A DNA stretch of 64,000 bases. Source: an uncultured Verrucomicrobiae bacterium (GTDB lineage: Bacteria; Verrucomicrobiota; Verrucomicrobiia; Chthoniobacterales; UBA10450). A model generated the notes under the pieces. It worked only from the letters and a program-made list of their open reading frames with translations, was not told the DNA's origin and made no database searches. Position 1 is the stretch's first letter. Each line of letters begins with the position of its first letter. Shown piece by piece: positions 40,805-50,981 of the stretch. Made by a program: the position numbers and the translations under genes. The DNA lies in contig CAWIBO010000001.1 of NCBI GenBank assembly GCA_963834385.1, positions 64,001-128,000 of the forward strand. The letters run 5' to 3'.

Positions 40805-42058
40805 TCAGTCGAGCTTGATGCGGTCGGAGGAATCGTAGGAACTGGTGTCGGACAGGATGACCTGGTCGCCCGGTTGCAGGCCGCTCTCGATTTCCACCGT
40901 GTTAACCGAGCTGCGACCCAGCTTCACCGGGGTGCGCACGGCCTCGGAACCGCCGGCGGGAATCTTGAAGAGTCCCACCGTGCTGTGCTCCTGCCCAAAG
41001 GCGGGGCGACCGACAAAAATAACATCGTCGAGTCGCTCGAGCTCGATGGTGCCGTCCACGCTCAGGTCGGGGCGGGCTCCCTTCGGGAGATCGCCATCCA
41101 GCGCCACGTCCACCTTGACGGTGCCCTGGTCGACCGCCGGGTCAACCCGCACCACATGTCCTTCGACCACGCCGTTGCGCGTATCGATGAAAGCCTTTTG
41201 GTTGATCTGCACATCCTTGGCCTGGGTCTCGGCGATCTTGATCTCCGCCTTTAATCTCGTGGGGTCGGCCACCCGTGCCAGGTTGGTGCCCGGCGCGACC
41301 CGTTGCCCGACTTCCACCGGCAGCTGTTGGAGCACTCCCTCCATCCCGGCGCGAACATGCAGCGCCTCGACCTGGTTCATTTTCAATTGCGCCAGCGCCT
41401 TGAGCTGATCCACCGCGGCCTGCTTCGACGCGATCTGCGGCTCGATCGATTCCTGGGCAAAGGCCAGTCGTTTCTGCTCGATCGCGGCCCGGTTGGCCAG
41501 TTCATCCGCCTTCACTTTCGCCGTCTTGTAGGTCAGTTCCGCCACCAGCCCGTTCTTTTTCAAATTCTCGTTCGTCTCCGTCTCCAGCCGCGCCTGCTGC
41601 CATTCCGAATGCACGCGTGCGGTGTTCGCCTCCTGCTCGAGCAGCTCGCGCTGCAAGCTCGCGCGCAGCGTCGTCAATTCCGACTCCGCCGCCTGCGCCT
41701 GGCTGACGGCATCGCGCGCTTCCTGCTCCAGCTCCGGGCTGCTCATCTCCAGCAGAATGGTGTCGGACTTCACCACCGCGCCCGGCCGGACGACGATCTT
41801 TTCCACCCGGCCTTCGTTGTTGGTCGCAATCCAGCGAATTTCCTCCGGCACGAGCGTGCCCAGACCGCGCACCTGCCGCAGCATCGGGCCCCGTTTCACC
41901 GTATCGATCCAGACGGTGGAACGGTCCACCGACGGCACCGCCGGCTTCAGGTTCGAAACCAGGATGGTGATGCCGACAAGCACGAGCAGGCCAATCCCGC
42001 CCATGATCAGGCGCCGGCGCCGCTTTTGCTTCGCCACGTTCAGCCGCGGAACATCCAT
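40805..42058 (-). CDS. Periplasmic adaptor / membrane fusion protein (HlyD/MacA-like)
   Basis: N-terminal TM anchor, VRGLGTLVPE, lipoyl-like EGRVEKIVVRPGAVV, long coiled-coil, GLQPGDQVILS. Alternative start 42145. Confidence 0.9.
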   Translation of the reverse strand: MDVPRLNVAKQKRRRRLIMGGIGLLVLVGITILVSNLKPAVPSVDRSTVWIDTVKRGPMLRQVRGLGTLVPEEIRWIATNNEGRVEKIVVRPGAVVKSDTILLEMSSPELEQEARDAVSQAQAAESELTTLRASLQRELLEQEANTARVHSEWQQARLETETNENLKKNGLVAELTYKTAKVKADELANRAAIEQKRLAFAQESIEPQIASKQAAVDQLKALAQLKMNQVEALHVRAGMEGVLQQLPVEVGQRVAPGTNLARVADPTRLKAEIKIAETQAKDVQINQKAFIDTRNGVVEGHVVRVDPAVDQGTVKVDVALDGDLPKGARPDLSVDGTIELERLDDVIFVGRPAFGQEHSTVGLFKIPAGGSEAVRTPVKLGRSSVNTVEIESGLQPGDQVILSDTSSYDSSDRIKLD

Positions 42059-42147
42059 CGAGGAAGAGCCTGGCGTAAAACCGGTCGGACGCACAATCGT
42101 GCTTTCCGGCTTCGTCTCCAACTCGCCTCGGGCCGGCAGGGACATGC

Positions 42148-42459
42148 TCAGATCGCGGAAACGGTTCGCAGGAAGTGCACCAGGCCAGAGGCCGCCTCGA
42201 GCACGGGCAGGGCGGAGGTGAGCACAATCACGGCGAAGAAGGCCAGTTCACCGCGAAAATTTCCCCTGGCCTCGTGCGCGAAGTACTCGCGGCTGATACC
42301 GTGAAAGGAAGGCCGAACACTTCCGCCAACGCGCGGTCCCAGCTCAAGCAGCTGGCCGGTTTGAAAATGAAAGTCGGTTTGGGGGAAACGCGCGCCAGCG
42401 ACGCCGGAATCTTCGGCGGCGTGGCGGGTGGTCGCGGGGAGGAATGATGTCGGTTTCAT
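42148..42459 (-). CDS. Hypothetical ~103-aa protein with C-terminal TM helix, first gene of the exporter operon
   Basis: ATG 42459 lies just downstream of the sigma54 promoter; SFHGISREYFAHEA then hydrophobic LAFFAVIVLTSALPVL. Confidence 0.65.
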   Translation of the reverse strand: MKPTSFLPATTRHAAEDSGVAGARFPQTDFHFQTGQLLELGPRVGGSVRPSFHGISREYFAHEARGNFRGELAFFAVIVLTSALPVLEAASGLVHFLRTVSAI

Positions 42460-42512
42460 AAGTGCGGGGGAGTCAGTCCCGTAACGGGACACGTTGAATT
42501 TCGCTCACCTAT

Positions 42513-42528
42513 TGCAAGGCCCATGCCA
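42513..42528 (-). promoter_or_regulatory. sigma54 (RpoN) -24/-12 promoter
   Basis: TGGCAT-GGGCC-TTGCA, close to consensus TGGCAC-N5-TTGCW; AT-rich tract 42538-42577 upstream. Confidence 0.85.
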
Positions 42529-42604
42529 GCGGGTCGATATATGTTACAAATAACTTATCATAAGGTGTTTATGAAAGTCGCTCTTCCAGGGAGAGCCGTC
42601 ACTT

Positions 42605-42644
42605 TACGCCGGGAACGGGATCAGGCTGTCCCGGATCCGGGACA
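42605..42644. promoter_or_regulatory. Putative tandem enhancer (bEBP-binding) sites
   Basis: Perfect palindrome TGTCCCGGATCCGGGACA (42627-42644) plus a degenerate copy TACGCCG-GGAA-CGGGATC (42605-42622) offset by 22 bp. Confidence 0.6.
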
Positions 42645-42667
42645 CCCCTTGGAGGGTGTTCCGCGGT

Positions 42668-44011
42668 TTAACACGGGACCCGCAGCAGCGCTTCGCTCCC
42701 CCGGCCGCCCTGCCGCGCCACCAGGGTGAGCGAGCCGCCGTGCGCTTCCGCGATCTGCCGGCTGAGGGCCAGCCCAATGCCGGAGCCGCCGGGTTTGGTC
42801 GTGAAGAAAGGCACGAAAAGATTGGTCGGGTTCATCACCCCATGCCCTTCATCCTCGATCACCACCTCGGCGCATTCCCCGGCGACGCGCCACGTCACCG
42901 CGACCCGCCCGTTCGTTTCGAGGGAGGCGTCGACGGCATTGTGCATGATGTTGATGAGAAGCTGTTCGATTTGCGCGGCATCCGCCGTGATCTGCATCGG
43001 CGGCCCCGAGATCACGGCCACGGGCAGCCGGGTTTCCAGACTGGCCACGCGATGGATCAGGTCGCCGAGATCGAACGGTTCTTTCTGCGGGGGCGGCAGC
43101 CGGGCCAGCCGGGTATAGGCCTGCATGAACCGGCTCAGGGAATCAGCCCGGGTCGCGATCACATTCAGGCCGCTCCGGGCGTCGGCGCGCCAGTCGTCCG
43201 CGAGCGGCTCGCGCCGGATCAGGTTTTCCAGGCTGCCGGCGATCGACTTGATCGGGGCAAGGGAGTTGTTCATCTCGTGCCCGAGCACCCGGACGAGCCG
43301 TTGCCAGGCGCGCCGTTCCTCCTCGCGCAACGTCCGGCTGAGGTCGGTCAGGACCAGCAGATCATGGGGAAGACCCCGTTCGCGATAGACGCTGCGGCGC
43401 ACGCCCCAGCGGCCGGAACCGCCGGGAAAGTTCAGGGTGACCGGGGCATCCTGGTCGGCCTCGAAGACCTGGGCCAGGCCGAGTTCGCCGGCATTGCGTC
43501 CGAGGAGCTTGTCGATTGGCTTGCCGAGAAGGTTTTCCCCAGCGCGGTTGACCAGGCGCAGCTTGCGCTCGGGGTCGAAGGTGAAAACGGCGACATCGAT
43601 CTCGCCCATGATGGTGCGGAGAAGGGCGGTGGCTTCAAAGGCGCCGAGCCGCTGGGTGCGCAGGGTTTCGCCAAGGGAATTGATCTCGAGGAGCGCCTCG
43701 CCCAGGGCGTCGTCGTCGCGGGCGCCGCGGGCGCGGATGGAATAATCGCCCTCCCGCAGGGCTGCAAGCAGGTTGGTGATGGTCTGGAGGGGGCGCACGA
43801 CATGTTCGCGGGCGCTGGCGATGAAACCGAGGGCGCAACCGACGATGATGAGAGAGAGCGTCCATTGCAGCTTGGCGCTGTAACCGCCGAACCACAGCAG
43901 GAGCAGGGTGATGAGCGCCGCCGGCGCGACCGCGCCAATGATCAACCAGGTAAGACGGCCCTCGTGCGTGGCGCGCTGTCGCCGTTTCGCTTTGGGCCGG
44001 AAAACGTTCAC
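42668..44011 (-). CDS. Membrane sensor histidine kinase (2 TM, HAMP/PAS-like, NtrY/NtrB-type)
   Basis: VLGHEMNNSLAPI, NIMHNAVDA, DEGHG, FFTTKPGGSGIGL. Confidence 0.92.
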   Translation of the reverse strand: MNVFRPKAKRRQRATHEGRLTWLIIGAVAPAALITLLLLWFGGYSAKLQWTLSLIIVGCALGFIASAREHVVRPLQTITNLLAALREGDYSIRARGARDDDALGEALLEINSLGETLRTQRLGAFEATALLRTIMGEIDVAVFTFDPERKLRLVNRAGENLLGKPIDKLLGRNAGELGLAQVFEADQDAPVTLNFPGGSGRWGVRRSVYRERGLPHDLLVLTDLSRTLREEERRAWQRLVRVLGHEMNNSLAPIKSIAGSLENLIRREPLADDWRADARSGLNVIATRADSLSRFMQAYTRLARLPPPQKEPFDLGDLIHRVASLETRLPVAVISGPPMQITADAAQIEQLLINIMHNAVDASLETNGRVAVTWRVAGECAEVVIEDEGHGVMNPTNLFVPFFTTKPGGSGIGLALSRQIAEAHGGSLTLVARQGGRGSEALLRVPC

Positions 44012-44050
44012 GTGCGCAGAGAGCCCGGCCGCGTGGGCGGCATGTTCCGG

Positions 44051-45397
44051 CTAAAGACCATGGTGCTGCAAGCGGCGATAAAAAGCGCTCCGGCTCAGGC
44101 CAAGCGCCTCCGCGGCGCGGCGCGCGCTGCCGTCGAAGCGGGCCAGCGCTTTCCTGATCAGAAAAGCCTCCACTTCCTCCAGGCTCATATCCTCGAGCCG
44201 GCCAGACTCGTCCCGCACGAGGTTCAGGCCAAGATCGTTGAGCTTGATCTGGGCGCCCTGCGCCATCAGCACTGCCCGCTCGACGATGTGATCCAGTTCC
44301 CGGACGTTGCCTGGGTAGGGATGTTGCATGAGGGCGTCGCGCGCCTTTTCATCGAACCCGGACATCTCCTTGCGATAACGGTTCGCGTGCTGCCGGAGAA
44401 AACTGTGGGCCAGCAGCATGATGTCCTCACGTCGCTCGCGCAGGGGCGGCAGCGCAATTTCAATCGTGTTCAGGCGGAAGAGGAGATCCTGGCGGAATCG
44501 CCCCGCCGACACCTCCTCGTGCAGATTGGCGTTGGTGGCCGAGATGATGCGGACATTGGCGTGCAGTGTCTTGGAGGAGCCGACGCGCTCGAACTCGCCC
44601 GTTTCGATCATGCGCAGGAGTTTTGCCTGCTGATTCATCGGAATGTTGGCGATCTCATCCATGAAAAGCGTGCTCTCGTCCGCCAGTTCGAAACGGCCGG
44701 CCCGATCAGTCTTCGCGTCGGTAAAGGCCCCTTTCACATGCCCGAAGAGCTCGCTCTCGAAGATTCCCTCGGACAAGCCACCCATGTTGACCGTGATCAT
44801 CGACTTGGCCGAGCGCGGCGAAAGCGCGTGCAGCGCCTGCGCGATCAGTCCCTTCCCGGTGCCGTTTTCCCCCGTCACGAGCACGTTCGCGTCGGAGGGC
44901 GCCACCTTTGAGATCATCTCGAGGATCGGGCGCATCCGCGGCGATTCGGCGATGATGCTGGGAGCGTTGCCGCCGAGCAGACGATTGGCCGCCTCGAGGC
45001 GCCGGCCCTTCCGAAGAGCCCCGCCGAGTTCGACCTGGGTGCGGACAATGGCCAGCAGCCGGTCATTCTCCCAGGGCTTGGGCACAAAATCCCGCGCCCC
45101 CCGCTTCATCGCTTCCACCGCGAGATCGATCGTGGCCCAGGCGGTCATGACCACGATGGGGAGGGTGTTGTCCATGGTTTGGATCCGCGGGATCACCTCG
45201 AGCCCCTCCTGCCCCGAGGTGGTGTCGCGGGTGTAATTCAGGTCCATCATCAGCAGCGCGTAATCCTTCTTTTCCAGCGCTGCGATGACTCCCGCGAGCG
45301 ACGTCACCGCATCGGTCTGGTAGCCCTCGCCCTTCAGCAAAATGCGAAGCGCTTCCAGTACGTCCGGCTGGTCATCGGCGATGAGGATCCTCGTCAT
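44051..45397 (-). CDS. sigma54-dependent response regulator (NtrC family bEBP)
   Basis: Receiver (ADD...MMD...KP), GENGTGK, ESELFGHVKGAFTDA, NVREL, C-terminal Fis-type HTH. Confidence 0.95.
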   Translation of the reverse strand: MTRILIADDQPDVLEALRILLKGEGYQTDAVTSLAGVIAALEKKDYALLMMDLNYTRDTTSGQEGLEVIPRIQTMDNTLPIVVMTAWATIDLAVEAMKRGARDFVPKPWENDRLLAIVRTQVELGGALRKGRRLEAANRLLGGNAPSIIAESPRMRPILEMISKVAPSDANVLVTGENGTGKGLIAQALHALSPRSAKSMITVNMGGLSEGIFESELFGHVKGAFTDAKTDRAGRFELADESTLFMDEIANIPMNQQAKLLRMIETGEFERVGSSKTLHANVRIISATNANLHEEVSAGRFRQDLLFRLNTIEIALPPLRERREDIMLLAHSFLRQHANRYRKEMSGFDEKARDALMQHPYPGNVRELDHIVERAVLMAQGAQIKLNDLGLNLVRDESGRLEDMSLEEVEAFLIRKALARFDGSARRAAEALGLSRSAFYRRLQHHGL

Positions 45398-45417
45398 GGG
45401 GTCAAGTCACTCAACAA

Positions 45418-45426
45418 ATTCTATCA
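45418..45426 (-). promoter_or_regulatory. Possible extended -10 sigma70 promoter for the two-component genes
   Basis: TGaTAGAAT 20 nt upstream of ATG 45397. Confidence 0.45.
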
Positions 45427-45525
45427 CAGTGTCAATGCCGCGCTGCTTTTGCCGCAGGGCGGCCGCGGGCTGCTCCTCTGCTTTTTTACAGCGTTCGCAC
45501 GCGGAACACGCTAGATATTTTCACG

Positions 45526-47409
45526 ATGCCGGAGACGCCGCTTTCATCCCGCTGGAGCCGCGGATCGTTTGTCGTCATTCTCCTGGCCGGCCTCCTCCTC
45601 CTCGGCTTGTCGATTTATCGCGCGGCCCATCAGCCCGCCCCGGCGGAAAACGTCCCCTTTGAGCTGGTCGATACCGGCTTTGTCTCCTCCAACGCCTGCC
45701 AGACCTGTCACCCGGGAAATTACGCCAGCTGGCATGCCTCCTACCACCGGACGATGACCCAGCGGGGAAACGTGGAGACGCTGCAGGCCGACATGGATGG
45801 CCTGGAGCTTCACCACGCCGGGACGCGTTATGAAGTGGAGCGGCGCGGCCGCGATTATTTTGTCCGCAAAGGTCCCGCGGCCGGCCCGCTGGGCGCGCCG
45901 CAGCAAATCGTCCTCGTGACCGGGTCGCATCAACTCCAGATCCCCTGGATGGAAACGGAGTTTGGACGGACCCTCGAGCAATTCCCCTTCGGCTACATCA
46001 TCGAGGAAAAAATGTGGGCGCCGGTGACGCAGACGTTCCTGATGCCGCCCGAGTTGAAGGAGATTTATTCGCTCGGCGCCTGGAACGGTGCCTGCATGGA
46101 TTGCCATGTGACGCAGGGCCGTTCCCGCTTCGTCGAGGGAAACCGCTGGGATACGCAGGTCACGGAATTCGGCATTTCTTGCGAAGCCTGCCACGGCAAC
46201 GGCGCCGCCCATGTCGCGGCCAACCGCAACCCGCTTCGGCGCTGGAAAATGCACCTGACCGGGGCGCCCGATCCCACCATCGCCAATGCCGGCCGCATGA
46301 GCGGCCCGGCGTCCGCCCTCGCCTGTGGCCAATGCCACAGCGTCTGGGCCTTCAAAGGCATGGACGAAAAAATCGATTTCAATCGGCATGGCGCGGGTTT
46401 CCGGCCGGGCCAGGAGGATCTGGAAAAGCGTTTCGTGGTCCAGCCGCAGACGGCCGACCACAGCGCGCAGAAGGATTTTATCCGCCAATCGGAACCGGAT
46501 TTTTTCCGGAACCGCTTTTGGGGTGACGGGATGATCCGGGTGACCGGCCGCGAATACAACGGGGTGGCCGCGTCACCCTGCTTCAAGGGCGGGGAATTTT
46601 CCTGTCTCTCCTGCCACCAGATGCATCCCGAGCGGCCGACCGAGGCCCGCCTTGACCAGTGGAAGGACGACCAGATGAAACCGCACATGGAATCGGACCG
46701 GGCCTGCCTCCAGTGCCACCAGTCGATGGCGTCGAATATCAGCGCCCACACGCATCACGCGGCGAATTCGTCCGGGAGCAGTTGCTACAACTGCCACATG
46801 CCCCACACCACCTTTGGCCTGCTCAAGGCCATCCGCTCGCACCAGGTCTCCTCGCCGAGCGCCGCGGAAAGCGTCGAGCATGGCCGGCCCAACGCCTGCA
46901 ACCTTTGCCATCTCGATCAGACCCTGGCCTGGACAGCCGACCACCTGCAGGCCTGGTTCGGGCAAACACCGCCGCCGCTCGGGCCGGATGACCGGGAACT
47001 GGCCGCCTCGGTGCAATGGCTGGTCAAAGGCGATGCCGCCCAGCGCGCCCTGCTGGCGTGGGGCATGGGCTGGAAGCCGGCGCGCGAGACGACCGGCGAC
47101 CTCGGGTGGTTTTATCCCTATCTCATCTACACCCTGACCGATCCCTACGCCGCCATCCGCTTCAATGCCTGGCGTTCCTTGCGCGCGCTGCCCGGCTTTG
47201 CCGACTTTTCCTTCACTTACACCGATCCCGACGAAAAAATCAGCGAGACGGCCCGTGCTGCGTATGCTCGCTGGATGAGCGAGGTGAAACCGGGCGACGC
47301 CACTTTCCCGGGGCGGACCGGCCTTGAATCCAACGGGGCTTTTCGCCCGGAACTGATGAACCGGCTGCGGGCCGAGCGGGACAACTCCCCGGTTTTGCTG
47401 GCGGAATAG
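45526..47409 (+). CDS. Membrane-anchored or periplasmic multiheme (8x CxxCH) cytochrome c with helical C-terminal domain
   Basis: CQTCH, CMDCH, CEACH, CGQCH, CLSCH, CLQCH, CYNCH, CNLCH; N-terminal hydrophobic segment. Confidence 0.92.
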   Translation: MPETPLSSRWSRGSFVVILLAGLLLLGLSIYRAAHQPAPAENVPFELVDTGFVSSNACQTCHPGNYASWHASYHRTMTQRGNVETLQADMDGLELHHAGTRYEVERRGRDYFVRKGPAAGPLGAPQQIVLVTGSHQLQIPWMETEFGRTLEQFPFGYIIEEKMWAPVTQTFLMPPELKEIYSLGAWNGACMDCHVTQGRSRFVEGNRWDTQVTEFGISCEACHGNGAAHVAANRNPLRRWKMHLTGAPDPTIANAGRMSGPASALACGQCHSVWAFKGMDEKIDFNRHGAGFRPGQEDLEKRFVVQPQTADHSAQKDFIRQSEPDFFRNRFWGDGMIRVTGREYNGVAASPCFKGGEFSCLSCHQMHPERPTEARLDQWKDDQMKPHMESDRACLQCHQSMASNISAHTHHAANSSGSSCYNCHMPHTTFGLLKAIRSHQVSSPSAAESVEHGRPNACNLCHLDQTLAWTADHLQAWFGQTPPPLGPDDRELAASVQWLVKGDAAQRALLAWGMGWKPARETTGDLGWFYPYLIYTLTDPYAAIRFNAWRSLRALPGFADFSFTYTDPDEKISETARAAYARWMSEVKPGDATFPGRTGLESNGAFRPELMNRLRAERDNSPVLLAE

Positions 47410-47412
47410 CCC

Positions 47413-47826
47413 ATGGTTGAACCTGCCCGCCACCTTCGCTTTGGTTTCTGGCTGCTGCTCGTTTCCCTGGCCGGCGGATTGATCCTGGAGGGCCTGCTCG
47501 GTTTTCGGGTCGGCTGGTATGTCGACCTGGGGAACGATGCGCGCCGGGTCATGCTGCGCCTGGCGCACATGCACGGCACTCTCCTGGCCTTTGTGAATAT
47601 CGCGGTGGGGTTGGCCGCGCGGGGACGTGACAGCGCGCCCCTCCCCAAAGCCGTTTCCCACTCGCTGGTCTGGGCCTCACTCCTCCTGCCCGGCGGATTT
47701 TTGCTGGGCGGCCTGGTGATCTACGATGGCGATCCGGGCCTCGGGATCCTTCTTACCCCGGTGGGCGGACTTCTCCTGATCTACGGGATCGGACGTTTCG
47801 CGCTCGGTCTGTCGAAGCAACGCTAG
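47413..47826 (+). CDS. Small ~4-TM membrane protein with LAHMHG motif
   Basis: Starts 3 nt after the cytochrome stop; four hydrophobic segments; RLAHMHGTLLAFVN. Confidence 0.8.
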   Translation: MVEPARHLRFGFWLLLVSLAGGLILEGLLGFRVGWYVDLGNDARRVMLRLAHMHGTLLAFVNIAVGLAARGRDSAPLPKAVSHSLVWASLLLPGGFLLGGLVIYDGDPGLGILLTPVGGLLLIYGIGRFALGLSKQR

Positions 47827-47847
47827 CCGTCGGCGGTCCCGGCGTCC

Positions 47848-50054
47848 CTACCTGGCCGCCGTCGGTTGCGCCGGCTGATCCAGCCCCCGACGTTTCAGGA
47901 GCGGCTCGATCTTTGGCTCGCCGCCGGTAAAGTCGCGGAAGAGACTCATGGCTTCCTGGCTACCGCCGCGCGAAAGAAGCGTGCGCCGGAAACGGTCCCC
48001 GTTCTCCCGGGTCAGACCGCCATTCTGCTTGAACCATTCCACGGTGTTGGCGTCCAGCACCTCGCTCCAGATGTAGGAGTAATAACCGGCGGAATAACCC
48101 CCGGCAAAAGTGTGCGAAAAATAGGCGCTGCGATACCGCGGCGGCACCATCGGAAGATCCACCCCGGCCTTTTTCAGCGCTTCCGCCTCGAAGGCGAGCA
48201 CATCGGTGGGCAACTGGTCGGGCCCAATCTGGTGGAACGCCTGGTCGAGCAGCGTGGCGGAAAGATACTCCGTCGTTTTGTAACCCTCGTTGAACTTTTC
48301 CGCCGCCAGCAGCTTGTCCACCAACTCCTGTGGCATCGTCTCGCCCGTCTTGTAATGCCGCGCGTACTTTTTCAGGATCTCCGGCCAGAGCGACCCACAT
48401 CTCGTTCACCTGCGAGGGAAACTCGACAAAATCGCGCGGAACGCTCGTCCCGCTGAAGCGCGGATACTTCACGCTCGAGAACATGCCGTGCAGGGCATGC
48501 CCGAACTCGTGGAACATGGTCTCCACTTCATCGTAGGTCATCAGGGTCGGCTCCCCCTTGGGCGGCTTGGGGATGTTGAGATGAAAAGCCACCACCGGTT
48601 TCCGGTTGAAGAGACCGTTCTGCGGCACATAGGCATTCATCCAGGCGCCACCCCGCTTTGAGGGACGGGCGTAATTATCGACCAGGCAAAGGGCCAGCGG
48701 TTCCCCCGATTCCTCGAAAACCTCGAAAACCCGGACGTCCGGATGATAAACCGGCAGGTCGGTCCGCTCTTTGAAGGTGATTCCATAGAGCCTGGTCGCG
48801 GCGAAAAGCACGCCATCGCGCAGCACGTTGTTTAACTCGAAATACGGTTTCACGTCCGACTCCTCGAAGGCGAAACGCGCCTTCTTCACCTTCTCGGCAT
48901 AAAGATCCCAGTCATGCGCGGCCACTTCGAAATCGCCGCCTTCCTTCTTGATCATCTCCTGGATATCCGCGGCTTCCTTTTTCGCATTCGCCACCGCCGG
49001 CGGGGCGAGCTCGCCCAGAAGTTTGTTCACCGTCCCGACACTGCCGGCCGTCTGGTCCTCCAGCTGATAGGCGGCGTGGGTCGCATACCCGAGCAGCTTG
49101 GCTCGCTCCGCCCGCAGGGCGACGATCTCCTTGATCGTTTCCCGGTTGTCGAACTCCCCGCCCCGGCTGTTCCGCGTAAGGGACGCCTGCATGATCTTCT
49201 CGCGCAGGGAACGATCCTGCAGGGCCGAAAGGGCGGGCTGCTGGGAGGTGTTCAGGAGATGGATGACGAACTTGCCCGGCTTCTTGTCCTCCTTCGCGGC
49301 CGCCGCCGCCGCCGCGATTTCATTCTCGGGCAGACCGGCCAGGTCTCCCTTCTTGTCGACCACGATCGAGAGGGCGTTCTTCTCCTTCAGGACATTCTGG
49401 GCGAAACGGGTCTGGAGAGTGGCCAGCTTTGAGTTCATCTCCTTGAGCTTTGCCTTGTCGCTCCTCGGAAAGTTTCGCCCCGGCGCGGACGAAATCCTTG
49501 TAATAACGTTCGAGGAGCCAGCCAGCCTCGGGATCGAGACCAAGCTGCTCGCGCTGGTCATACAGAGCCTGGAGGCGCGCAAACAGTTTCGGGTCGAGCC
49601 GGATGGTGTCGAGATGGGCTGAGAGCTTCGGGGCCATCTCCGTTTCGAGTTTCTGCAACTGCGGGTTGGTGTCGGCCCCGACCAGGTTCGAGAAGATGCG
49701 GTTGACTCGCTCAAGGGTGCGGCCCGAACGCTCGAGGGCGACAATGGTATTCTCAAAAGTCGGTTCCTCCGCGCTGCCTGCGATATCCTCCACCTCGCGC
49801 AAATGCTCGGTAAACCCGCGGGCAAAGGCCGGTCCATAATGCTCGTCCTTGATCAAATCGAACGGCGGCATGTGGAACGGCAGGGTGCTCTCCGAGAGCA
49901 AGGGGTTGTCGGTCGTTGCCCGGGAAGGCTGCGGTTTCTTTTTGTCCGCGGCGGAGACAATCAGGCTCGACATGATGAGCAGGACTGTAAGGAAAAGCGG
50001 GCCTCGGACAATGGACGGGAGCGAACGAGCGGAGGAAAGAGAAGGGAGCTGCAT
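47848..50054 (-). CDS. dcp: M3A peptidyl-dipeptidase Dcp-like, with signal peptide; two apparent frameshifts (~49463, ~48394)
   Basis: NPLL...PPFDLIKDEHY, KRGGAWM, FHEFGHALHG, RDFVEFPSQ, GYSAGYYSYIWSEVLD across three frames. Confidence 0.9.
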
Positions 50055-50152
50055 AGTTTGAGATGGTGGCGACGCCCGACCGCCGGGCGCGGCCGATAAA
50101 CTAGCGCGAAAACCGCTTTTGGCGAGGCCGCCTAGCTCCGCGCCCCGCTGGA

Positions 50153-50980
50153 TCAAACGGGTCGTCGCGCCCGAAGCTCAAGAAAAAGTGGAGTGGTGAT
50201 CAGCGTGCCCGGATCGTTTTCGGCCTTGTGAAACTCCGCTCGCACGTGTTCCACCCACGTCTCCTTTACCCGGCCGAGCTCGAGCAGCCGCCGGAGGTTG
50301 ATGTCGATGAAGCTTTTCGGCCAGTGCCACGCGTAGTCGCGGGGCGAGACGGTCAGGAGATGCGGGCGGACGTCCTCCACGACAAGGCCGGCAGCCTGCA
50401 GCATCGACGGCAGGGCCAGGGCGATGTTGGGCTCGCCGCCACTGGCCCGCCAGCTCGCCATTACTTCGCCGACAAATTCTTCATGCGCGGATCGGCGCGG
50501 CGCCATTCGCCAGGTGGCATAATCGCTATACTCATGGAAGACAACGACTCCGCCCGGGCGCAGGGCCCGGCAAATCTTTCCCACGAGGGCGGCGGGATCG
50601 GGAACAAAACAGGCCACCCAACGGCACCAGGCCAGGTCGAACTCCCCCGCGCCCAGGTCATCCTCCATCAGGTCCGCCTGGCGAAATTCAACATTGGTCA
50701 ACCCGAGGCCGTGACACCGCCGCCGCGCCGCCTCCAGGAACCGATCCGAGCGTTCCACCGCCACCACCCTCCCTTCCGGCCCGGCCAGTTCCGCCAGGTC
50801 CACCGTGGCGTAACCGGGACCGCACCCGACATCGAGAAGATGCTGCCCAGGCAGGAGTCCGGCGCGGCGCCAGCTTTCCAGGGTGGTCACCCGCCAGACA
50901 CGATGCTGCAGACCAAGGCGGGCGATTTCCTCGTCATGCGTGCCCAGGACATAATCATCGCTCCCCACCGGTTCCTTCAT
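50153..50980 (-). CDS. Class I SAM-dependent methyltransferase
   Basis: DYVLGTHDEEIARL, LDVGCGPG, LRPGG. Confidence 0.88.
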   Translation of the reverse strand: MKEPVGSDDYVLGTHDEEIARLGLQHRVWRVTTLESWRRAGLLPGQHLLDVGCGPGYATVDLAELAGPEGRVVAVERSDRFLEAARRRCHGLGLTNVEFRQADLMEDDLGAGEFDLAWCRWVACFVPDPAALVGKICRALRPGGVVVFHEYSDYATWRMAPRRSAHEEFVGEVMASWRASGGEPNIALALPSMLQAAGLVVEDVRPHLLTVSPRDYAWHWPKSFIDINLRRLLELGRVKETWVEHVRAEFHKAENDPGTLITTPLFLELRARRPV

Positions 50981-50981
50981 C

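Noticed and set aside
45526..47409. Calling the cytochrome NrfA or HAO
   Set aside because: No CxxCK, and heme count and spacing do not by themselves support either assignment.
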